This document shows positions 52,901-64,000 of a stretch of DNA of 64,000 bases, piece after piece (position 1 is the stretch's first letter; each line of letters opens with the position of its first letter). The stretch is from the human T2T-CHM13v2.0 reference genome, Homo sapiens. The position numbers and the translations under genes were made by a program. The stretch lies in NCBI RefSeq assembly GCF_009914755.1, contig NC_060925.1; one strand, 5' to 3'. The notes beneath the pieces were generated by a model. That model was not told the origin of the DNA. It saw only the letters and a list, made by a program, of their open reading frames with translations, and ran no database searches.

Positions 52901-53969
52901 ACTTATGCCTTAATGCCAATCTTAATGCCTGCTGCTATCTGGGTCACTCAGAGAGTTTACCAGAATGTTTAATGAAATAACCAGAGACATTCAAATTGCA
53001 AACCAGTAAAGCACATCACATTGCAACTGCTATCTTCAGTCTACCATTTAAACTTGCCTCAAACTCACCTCTAGAAATTGTTTCACCTAGCTGCCCTCTA
53101 AACTCAAAAACTAAGATCATAATTTGCTCCAAATATTAACTTTGTTTTTTTAATAGAAGAATACTCTGAATTCCTTTCAAGCAATACAATCTAAAATGAG
53201 CAAGTTAGCCTCAATAGCACCCCAAAATAGAAGTTCTTGGTATCTTAACAGCTTAACAAGGAGGAGCTTGTGTTCCTACTGATGTCAAAAGAAATGCTTA
53301 AAGATCTCAGTTGGCTTTATGGTGATTCTAGAACTGGGCAATACTTGCCACCTTAAATTAGAATAAGGTTTCCAATGAGTTACAGCAGAGGAGATTGGCT
53401 TCATAGACAGAAAAAGGTCTGAAGAAAGCAGAAACAAAGAATTTAAAGTGGATTGGCTATTTTAAAGCTGGTTAAAGTTGCAAAAGACAGGAATAGGGAA
53501 ACAGAATAATAAATAACTGGTTGGTTAACATCAGGTTACTCTTTTGTAAGGATGCCAATTGAAACTGGCCTGTTTGGGAGATTAGATTTTTAGGTTATTA
53601 GGTTATTATCTCTCTCTCCTGATTTTTCCAAAGGCCAGATAAGAATGTAGTTTCTGTTTGGTGACTTGAAACTTTATCGTGGGTGATTCCATTTTGATTT
53701 TTAGTCTGTTCTGTTTGGGCCTAGTGCAGGAGCTTAGTGCAAAACAACAGCCTCCTAAAATTTAAAAGACTTTAAAGAACATACATGAGTTTTTCATCAG
53801 ATAATATTTATTTGTATTCATTAATTTATTTGATTGGTTAAGTCTTGGCTCCCGAGAATCTTTGCTCAGAGGAATTTTTCAATCCTTGGCTATTATTCTC
53901 CTTATAGTTATTGTATTTACCTCCCCGGTGTATTGAATTATCCTATGGGTTTTAAATGCTTTCCTGCAG

Positions 53970-54143
53970 CCACCTGGACGTCAAATGATTGCCATCAGAA
54001 AGAGACAACCTGAAGAAACCAACAATGACTATGAAACAGCTGACGGCGGCTACATGACTCTGAACCCCAGGGCACCTACTGACGATGATAAAAACATCTA
54101 CCTGACTCTTCCTCCCAATGACCATGTCAACAGTAATAACTAA
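53970..54143 (+). CDS. FCGR2C: FCGR2C exon 8 (C3) coding part with the non-canonical ITAM
   Basis: ctgcag|CCACCTGGACGT...; PPGRQMIAIRKRQPEETNNDYETADGGYMTLNPRAPTDDDKNIYLTLPPNDHVNSNN*; YMTL (54051) and YLTL (54099) separated by 12 residues; TAA 54141-54143. Confidence 0.95.
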   Translation, partial: PPGRQMIAIRKRQPEETNNDYETADGGYMTLNPRAPTDDDKNIYLTLPPNDHVNSNN

Positions 54144-54535
54144 AGAGTAACGTTATGCCATGTGGTCACACTCTCAGCTTGCTGAGTGGATGACAAAAAG
54201 AGGGGAATTGTTAAAGGAAAATTTAAATGGAGACTGGAAAAATTCCTGAGCAAACAAAACCACCTGGCCCTTAGAAATAGCTTTAACTTTGCTTAAACTA
54301 CAAACACAAGCAAAACTTCACGGGGTCATACTACATACAAGCATAAGCAAAACTTAACTTGGATCATTTCTGGTAAATGCTTATGTTAGAAATAAGACAA
54401 CCCCAGCCAATCACAAGCAGCCTACTAACATATAATTAGGTGACTAGGGACTTTCTAAGAAGATACCTACCCCCAAAAAACAATTATGTAATTGAAAACC
54501 AACCGATTGCCTTTATTTTGCTTCCACATTTTCCC

Positions 54536-54541
54536 AATAAA
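54536..54541 (+). terminator. Candidate proximal polyadenylation signal (AATAAA) inside the 3' LTR
   Basis: TTCCCAATAAATAC about 390 nt after the stop codon. Confidence 0.5.
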
Positions 54542-54612
54542 TACTTGCCTGTGACATTTTGCCACTGGAACACTAAACTTCATGAATTGCGCCTCAGATT
54601 TTTCCTTTAACA

Positions 54613-54915
54613 TCTTTTTTTTTTGACAGTCTCAATCTGTTACCCAGGCTGGAGTGCAGTGGTGCTATCTTGGCTCACTGCAAACCCGCCTCCCAGGTTT
54701 AAGCGATTCTCATGCCTCAGCCTCCCAGTAGCTGGGATTACAGGCATGTGCCATCATAACCAGCTAATTTTTGTATTTTTTATTTTTTTTTTTAGTAGAG
54801 ACGGGGTTTCGCAATGTTGGCCAGGCCGATCTCGAACTTCTGGCCTCTAGCGATCTGCCCGCCTCGGCCTCCCAAAGTGCTGGGATGACCAGCATCAGCC
54901 CCAATGTCCAGCCTC
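54613..54915 (-). mobile_element. Alu in the FCGR2C 3' UTR, inserted at the end of the 3' LTR
   Basis: Minus-strand Alu flanked by duplicated CTTTAACATCTT. Confidence 0.9.
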
Positions 54916-55538
54916 TTTAACATCTTCTTTCCTATGCCCTCTCTGTGGATCCCTACTGCTGGTTTCTGCCTTCTCCATGCTGAGAACAAAATCACCTATT
55001 CACTGCTTATGCAGTCGGAAGCTCCAGAAGAACAAAGAGCCCAATTACCAGAACCACATTAAGTCTCCATTGTTTTGCCTTGGGATTTGAGAAGAGAATT
55101 AGAGAGGTGAGGATCTGGTATTTCCTGGTCTAAATTCCCCTTGAGGAAGACGAAGGGATGCTGCAGTTCCAAAAGAGAAGGACTCTTCCAGAGTCATCTA
55201 CCTGAGTCCCGAAGCTCCCTGTCCTGAAAACCACAGACAATATGGTCCCAAATGACTGACTGCACCTTCTGTGCCTCAGCCATTCTTGACATCAAGAATC
55301 TTCTGTTCCACATCCACACAGCCAATACAATTAATCAAACCACTGTTATGAACAGATGTAGCAACATGAGAAATGCTTATGTTACAGGTTACATGAGAAC
55401 AATCATGTAAGTCTATATGACTTCAGAAATGTTAAAATAGACTAACCTCTAACAACAAATTAAAAGTGATTGTTTCAAGGTGATGCAATTATTGATGACC
55501 TATTTTATTTTTCTATAATGATCATATATTACCTTTGT

Positions 55539-55544
55539 AATAAA
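55539..55544 (+). terminator. Distal polyadenylation signal of the FCGR2A/2C-type 3' UTR
   Basis: TGTAATAAAACATTATAACC followed by T/GT-rich sequence. Confidence 0.7.
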
Positions 55545-56151
55545 ACATTATAACCAAAACATTCTGTTTACCTTTTCAGGGCTGTATTGATTGGGGTGTA
55601 GACTGAACTATCCGGGGTCTGTTTCTTTTCGGTGATGAAAGTCTTGAGAAGGTAGTAATGGATAAGATGTGAAGGAGAGGAGAGATGGAGATTTGGAGTG
55701 TAGGGTGAGTGCCCCTCTTCTTAAAACTGAATACTCTTCTTCTAATGAACTTGTATTCTTGTTTCCATGTCTTCTTGCCTTTCCTTCTATGGCAAATAAA
55801 ACACTCACTTTGTTTTGGAACACAAGTTCTCAGAAAGGCAAACTTTAGGTGAGTCGTCAGTGGAGACTGCTGACTTCCTGCACTGCTATTTTCCCAGTGC
55901 AGTTACCAGAAGGATGTGACCTTCTCAGAGAAGTCATTCCAGGCAGATTAGAAACATGACCCACAGTCTCCTTGATGGTTTGGTGAGTGCCCTTAAAGAG
56001 CCTTCCATTTTCCTGGGACACAGCATCACTGTGCACAATTCTTGCATTTGAAAAGTAGCAGCTTTCTCTGTTGGATAGTTTACATCGATTTTTAAGGAGG
56101 CTATGGAGCTTCCACCCACCCTTCCAAACTCTATGTATTAGTCTGTCTCTA

Positions 56152-56528
56152 TGTATTAGTGTGTTCTCATGCTGCTATGAAGAAATACCTGAGACTGGGT
56201 TATTCATGAAGAAAAGAGGGTTAATTGGCTCACAGTTCCTCATCGCTGGGGAGGCCTCAGGAAACTTACAATCACAGCAGAAGGCAAAGGAGAAGCAGGC
56301 ACCTTCTGCACATGATGGCAGGACAGAGTGAGTGCAAGCAGGGAAGGTGCCAGACACTTATAAAACCCTAAGCTCTCGTGAGACTCACTCACTATTATGA
56401 GAACAGCATGGGGAAACCGTCGCCATGACCCAGTTACCTCCACCTGGTCCCACTTTTGACAGATGGGGATTATGAGGATGACAACTCAAGATGAGACTTT
56501 GGGTGGAGACAGAGCCAAACCATATCAC
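56152..56528 (-). mobile_element. MaLR (MST-like) solo LTR
   Basis: TGTATTAGT...GAAATACCTGAGACTGGG...AGCCAAACCATATCA. Confidence 0.8.
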
Positions 56529-57534
56529 CCTAGACAGAGGCTCCTCAAATATGTAAAGCCTTGTTAAATCCTGCTTTTACATTAAAATGCACCCAACAAT
56601 CTGACTGCTTCTCAGTATTCTACTCCTACCACCCTGGTCCAAGCCACCATCATTTCTCACTTGGATTACTGCAATAGCCTCCTGACTGGCCTCCCTGCAC
56701 TCACCCTTGCCATCCTATAGTCTATTCTCACCACAACAGCTATTGTGATCTTTTAAAAATGTGTCATATTTGTCACTTCTTTTCCCCAAATCATATACTA
56801 TCTTCTCCTTGTGCTTGGAGTAAAGGCTAGAGCTTTTGCAATATTCTACAAGATGCTACAGGATCTTGCTCTTCACTCTGTCTGACCTCATCTCCTACTG
56901 CTTTTTCTTGCTTGCTGTTGGTCACTCTTGCTCTTCCTTGAACGTGCCAATTATACTTCTGCCCAGAGCCTATGTTATTTCCTGTTTCTGGAATGTTCTT
57001 TCTCATAGACCCACATTATGCCTCATTATGTCCTTTAGGTCTTTACTCACATGTCACCTTATCAGTGAGGTCTCCTTGATCATTCGGTATAACCCGTCGC
57101 CCTCCCATACTCTTAATGTCCCTTTCCTTCTTCATTTTTCTCCATTGTGCTTATTACTACTGATGTACTATTAATATATGTTTACTGTTTGTTTTGTGTC
57201 TGACTTCCCCACTCCTCTCATTAGAATGCGAGCTCCAGGAGAGGTCTTTGTCTGTTTTGTTCACTACCACATACTCAGAGCCCAGGTCAGTGTCTGGTGC
57301 ATGGTAAAGCGCTTAATAAATATGTGTGGAATGAGTAAATTCTTTGACGTTTGAAATCAGAGACTTTAAACTGGAAAGTCCTTAGAAACAATGTAGTCCA
57401 ATCTCTTCATTTTAAAACGGAGGAAGCTGTGGCCCAGACAGGTGAAATGACTTGTTCAAGGACAAACAGGTAGTGGATGTCACTGACCTTTATATATATA
57501 TAGTTTGGATTATACTATAACTTTTGTTCTATAG

Positions 57535-57883
57535 TGAAATGGTTTGGCTATGTCCCCACCCAAATATCATCTTGAATTCCCACAACACATGGGAGGGACC
57601 CAGTGGAAGGTAACTGAATCATGGGGCAGGTCTTTCCCATGCTGTTCTTGTGATAGTGAATAAGTCTCATGAGATCTGATGGTTTTAAAAAGGGGAGTTT
57701 CCCTGCACAAGCTCTCTCTTCTCTTGTTTGCCACCATGTGAGACATGACTTTCACCTTTTGCCATGATTGTGAGGCCTCCCCAGCCACGTGGAACTGTAA
57801 GTCCATTAAACCTCTTTCTTTTGTAAATTGCCCCGTCTCAGGTATGTCTTTATTAGCAGTGTGAGAATGGGCTAACGCATACA
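57535..57883 (+). mobile_element. MaLR (THE1-like) solo LTR
   Basis: TGAAATGGTTTGGCTATGTCCCCACCCAAAT...CCATTAAACCTCTTTC...TACA. Confidence 0.85.
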
Positions 57884-59137
57884 ACTTGCTTTTTTTTTGT
57901 ACTCAATATTGAGTCGTGAGCTTTGCACCACTTTACAATGTCTATTTAAGTCATTACTTTAAGGTCGATTCTATTTTTAAAGCTACTCTAACTAAGCTAC
58001 TAAACATAAGTGGATATATTTAAGTGTATGTATAAAATTTATACTAGGCCAGCTGCGGTGGCTCATGCCTGTAATCCCAAAGCTGTGGAAGGTAGAGGTG
58101 GGATTGATTGAGGCCACGAGTTCAAGGCTGCAGTGAGCTGTGATTGCATCACTGTACTCCAGCCTGAGGGACAGAGCAGGAACCAGAAAAAAATAAAATA
58201 AAAAGAAACAAACAAAAAAACCCCCAATAACCCTGCAGTGGCTCTTTTACAAAAAACAAACAAACAAAACCAAAACTGTACTGCATGCATAAGCTCCCCT
58301 ATGCTATGTTTGAACCACTCTGAAGAGATCAATTAAAAGGAAGTGAGTGACATTGGGAGCATGCCTCTGTGATGCTGTGGTAACATTCATAGGCTGCGTT
58401 AGGGCTATGCCTGTAACTCTTGGAGATGAGTGGGTAAGTGGGGTTTTGAGGTGGCTGGGGGCTGGAAGAGAAGGTTGGAGGAGCCCACACAAGACAGTCC
58501 CTTAACACGCCGGGGCACAGAACCCCAGGCTGGGCCAACTTTTCCCTGCTGAGGTGAAGACCCATCTCTTGCAGGCCGTCGGCAAACGTCTTGACTCTGG
58601 CATCCAGGTGTGACCAGCTTAGACCCTGAGAGTGAGTGAATTTAAAGCTGACAGCTTCTTTCCCTTTTGGAATTATGAAATAGGTTACTTCTTTTCAAGG
58701 ACAGTTTGATTTTCCACTGTGGAAGTCATATATTGCACATTTCTTTAAACATTCCCTTTTTTCCTGAACTGATCACCTTACCAGTACAGCTGATCTCTCA
58801 AGCAGCAATCTCTACCAGCTGTCACTGGTGCTCTCAGAGAGAGGATTAACCAAGAAACCCAGCCCAGGAACAGTACTGACCTCTACTTCTGGACTCCTGC
58901 CTCCCTCTTAAAAAGTCCCTTGAACTTCCTAGTGGGTTCTAACCTGTCAAAGGAGAAAATAGCCACCTATGGAGTAAGGGTTTTTAGTTTCTCTTTTTAC
59001 AAATGGAAGTTTCCTTTGAATCAGGCAAGTAACGTTAAATAGAAGCCAACTTTTAAGTTTCTCCTTATAACACACTGCTAAATTATAACACCAGACTGTA
59101 CCACATACTCTCCAGCTGCCAGCTATTGCAGTTGCCA

Positions 59138-59209
59138 TCCTTGTTACTATAGTGGTAAGTATCTCTGCCTGTCATGCGTGAGAGAGGGGGTCGATTCCCT
59201 GACAGGGAG
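59138..59209 (+). pseudogene. tRNA-Asp(GTC) pseudogene
   Basis: 72-nt ungapped match to human tRNA-Asp-GTC (TCCTCGTTAGTATAGTGGTGAGTATCCCCGCCTGTCACG...) with about 12 substitutions; anticodon GTC kept; B-box GGTTCGA changed to GGGTCGA. Confidence 0.85.
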
Positions 59210-59835
59210 GTTACGGAAAATTGTGTGGGGATTTTGTCAACCTTCAAAAGTCTCAGAAATGTCTCCTTGTTTTGGCTTTCAGCGGAAATCCGAACACCAG
59301 AAGATCTGAATGGAATGTTCTGGATTGAAGAAAGTGGGAAATGGCCTCAATTCACAAAGTCACAGCCTGATAGAAACCAGTGTGACTTTACTGCCCAGTG
59401 AACCCATCTCGTCCTCCAGCCTTTAGGAGGTAGGTTGGACTGGAGCCTGCAGTAGTTTACTCTCCACCTGAGTCCTGGTCTCCGGCTGGGAACCCACTTA
59501 GGCCATAGAGAAAAACGCACACTGTGCCTCTCCACCGGGCCTCTGGAGACGAGGCTCCTCGGGGATACAAACAGTGGGGAGAACATGAGGGACATCCTGA
59601 CCGTACACTGCGTCCTCCTTTCCCAGGTGTTGCGTTCTCTCTTGGGTTGAGTGGCGAGGTCTCTCCCGAGTCCCAGGGCCACAGTGCAATGTCACATCTC
59701 CTTTGTGGAAAGTGACTGGTAAAAGAGAACAAAACTGGAGGAACCTAAAGTCTTCGGCCACCTGGTTTAATTTATTCAAGAGTGATTAATCCTAGATGAG
59801 AAAAAGAATTGAAATGGATCGGAAAAAACCAAGCG

Positions 59836-59906
59836 TGCATTGGCCGGTAATCGGACGCGGGCCTCCCGCGTTGCGGGCGAGAAGTCTACCACTACACCAC
59901 CAATGC
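59836..59906 (-). pseudogene. tRNA-Gly(GCC)-derived pseudogene (anticodon now GCA)
   Basis: 71-nt ungapped match to the reverse complement of tRNA-Gly-GCC (GCATTGGTGGTTCAGTGGTAGAATTCTCGCC...) with 8 substitutions; T6 Pol III terminator 7 nt downstream (A6 at 59823-59828). Confidence 0.88.
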
Positions 59907-60249
59907 TAATGTCGATGAAAGAGCTGCAGTGTCATCTCTTAAAGCTGATTATCTCTGGCCATTCCTTAAGGAAACAGGCACTGTCTTAAATCGTGGTTTG
60001 GAAAATATTTTGTTCAAGATAAAACTGTTTTAAGATATATGTATATATATCTTATATATCTGTATTCGCATGGTAACATATCTTCGGTCTTCCTGAGCCG
60101 CTGGGCTCTCAGCGGCCCTCCAAGGCAGCCCGCAGGCCCGTGCTCGCCTCAGGGATCCGACCTCCCACAGCCCCGGGGAGACCTTGCCTCTAAAGTTGCT
60201 GCTTTTGCAGCCTCTGCCACAACCGCGCGTCCTCAGAGCCAGCCGGGAG

Positions 60250-60630
60250 GAGCTAGAACCTTCCCCGCGTTTCTTTCAGCAGCCCTGAGTCAGAGGCGGG
60301 CTGGCCTGGCATAGCCGCCCAGCCTCTCGGCTCACGGCCCGATCCGCCCGAACCTTCTCCCGGGGTCAGCGCCGCGCTGCGCCGCCCGGCTGACTCAGCC
60401 CGGGCGGGCGGGCGGGAGGCTCTCGACTGGGCGGGAAGGTGCGGGAAGGTTCGCGGCGGCGGGGTTGGGGAGGTGCAAAAGGATGAAAAGCCCGTGGAAG
60501 CGGAGCTGAGCAGATCCGAGCCGGGCTGGCGGCAGAGAAACCGCAGGGAGAGCCTCACTGCTGAGCGCCCCTCGACGGCGGAGCGGCAGCAGCCTCCGTG
60601 GCCTCCAGCATCCGACAAGAAGCTTCAGCC
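60250..60630 (+). promoter_or_regulatory. HSP70B-type CpG-rich heat-shock promoter and 5' UTR
   Basis: HSE units AGAACCTTCC (60255-60264), CGAACCTTCT (60349-60358), GGAAGGTGCGGGAAGGTTCG (60434-60453); AP-1 sites TGAGTCA (60286) and TGACTCA (60391); GC boxes; no canonical TATA (GATGAAAA at about 60482). Confidence 0.85.
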
Positions 60631-62557
<1,927 letters not shown>

Positions 62558-62750
62558 ATGGCCCTTCGTGATAAGTCAGCTGTGACTGTCAGGGCTATGC
62601 TATGGGCCTTCTAGACTGTCTTCTATGATCCTGCCCTTCAGAGATGAAGGGCTTGGGGGGGTCTTCCCTCCAAAGCTAGAACTTTCTTTCCAGGATAACT
62701 GAAGTCTTTTGACTTTTTGGGGGGAGGGCGGTTCATCCTCTTCTGCTTCA

Positions 62751-62878
62751 AATAAAAAGTCATTAATTTATTAAAACTTGTGTGGCACTTTAACATTGCT
62801 TTCACCTATATTTTGTGTATTTTGTTACTTGTATGTATGAATTTTGTTATGTAAAATATAGTTATAGACCTAAATAAA
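62751..62878 (+). terminator. HSPA7 polyadenylation signals in an AU-rich 3' UTR
   Basis: AATAAA at 62751-62756 and 62873-62878, with ATTTA and T/GT-rich stretches. Confidence 0.65.
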
Positions 62879-64000
62879 CTTTTAAAACTCCTTCTTGCTT
62901 TTCATTCCAACCAATCAAAGTACAAAAGTACATAAAGGCTTTCAGAAGCAGAAAATGTTGGGGTGGGTGCTGAAGGAGGAATGTGAAGAATATTCCTGAG
63001 ACCGTGTGCATGATTCCTATAGGGGAAGGCAGGGTTTGGAAAAGAGTTTGAGGCCAATACATTGGAACAGTACTGAAGAGTTAGGGCTGGTAAAGAGGAG
63101 AGGATTGAGATATAATGCAGGAAGAGAGAGGGAGAGATGTGGAATTGGAAAAGCAGAGAATGAAGAGAAACTTAAGTACTGGCAGTGTTTCCATGTGTGA
63201 TCCTATGATTCAAATTCTGTATTTTTGTCATAGGAACCTGGTTGAGTTTGTCAGTCTAGCTGTTTTAATAACACTAACAAATAGTTTACATGCTTATTAG
63301 CTGTTTGTAATCATGTCACTTTATCCATTGTTCTTTTAGAGAAAAGACTCTGAGTCCTGGACTCTGGAGGATGGTATATGTCAGAGGAAGTAGATCTGGT
63401 GGTACGATTAAAGTTACTATTGACTTTATCTATGTCAGAGAAATAGTATGATCCCATGTGGTTTCTGCCCATGGCATAATGAGGGTGTTGGAACAAGACT
63501 CTATAGATTTTCAGCCCTGCCACTTTATATACTGTGCAAATTAAACTCTCCAAGCTTCAGTTTCTCCTTCCCTGCAGTGGGGATGATGATGATGATAACA
63601 GTACCAACCTCCAGACTGTTGTGAGGGTTCAATGAATTAATATATGTAAGAGGCAAAGAAGAAAGGTGTATAATATACTATCAACAAACATTAGCAATTA
63701 CTATTAATTGTTAGTTGGGTGATAACTATGTACTAGGTACTTGACATACACAATCTAACTTAATCTTCACAGTAGCATTATGGAATACTATCTTCTTTTT
63801 GAAGATGAGCATTATGAGGTTCAAAGAGGTTAAACAATTTATTCAAAGACACAAAGCTATAAAGTGGGGACAGGAAGGCTGGAATGAAGAACCCTGTCCT
63901 GCCTGAGTCTAGAGCCTCAGCATGCCACCTTACAAATAGGCCATAACTCCACTTATTACCAGACCTTCCCCTAGATGTTTTGAAATTGGTCATATTATTC

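Larger units (their letters stand above)
49999..54612 (+). mobile_element. Degenerate ERV1-class provirus (MER4/MER65-group-like) spanning intron 7, exon 8 and the proximal 3' UTR of FCGR2C
   Basis: 5' LTR 49999-50463 and 3' LTR 54209-54612 are clearly homologous and both run TGTTAA...TTAACA. PBS-like TGGTGTCAGAAGTAGGAG at 50467-50484 (complementary to a tRNA-Leu 3' end). Polypurine tract AAAAAGAGGGGAA at 54195-54207. Flanks CCTT/TCTT. Env remnants at 53163-53274 and 53817-53969; weak Gag-like remnant near 50898-51200. Confidence 0.85.

Noticed and set aside
59836-59906. A functional recoding tRNA (Gly body with a Cys anticodon)
   Set aside because: B-box/T-loop, U33 and stem positions are mutated, so transcription and folding are unlikely.

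Overview
Human genomic DNA from the low-affinity Fc-gamma receptor cluster (1q23.3). The window holds: (i) the 5' half of an FCGR3 gene on the minus strand (S1, S2 and EC1 exons), whose diagnostic codons read as FCGR3B allele NA1/HNA-1a; (ii) about 31 kb of repeat-rich intergenic DNA (Alu, L1/L2, ERV1 and MaLR LTRs, MER DNA transposons); (iii) a complete FCGR2C gene on the plus strand (exons at 35776-54143), present as a null allele with a TAG at codon 57 and a dead intron-7 donor; (iv) two decayed tRNA genes (Asp-GTC, Gly-GCC); (v) the frameshifted, intronless HSP70 gene HSPA7 with its heat-shock promoter. The locus itself is well known. Two things stand out. First, the ITAM-coding last exon of FCGR2C lies inside a recognisable provirus (LTR-PBS...PPT-LTR) and continues in frame from a decayed Env transmembrane segment, with an Env immunosuppressive-domain remnant upstream, so the receptor's activating tail looks like a captured Env cytoplasmic tail. 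Second, the order FCGR3B-type, then FCGR2C, then HSPA7 differs from the reference order as I recall it (FCGR3A, FCGR2C, HSPA7, FCGR3B, FCGR2B), which suggests a copy-number duplication haplotype. Smaller findings include a fast-decayed tRNA-Gly and several short local templated duplications. Repeat family names and paralog comparisons come from memory and by-eye reading, not from a database search.
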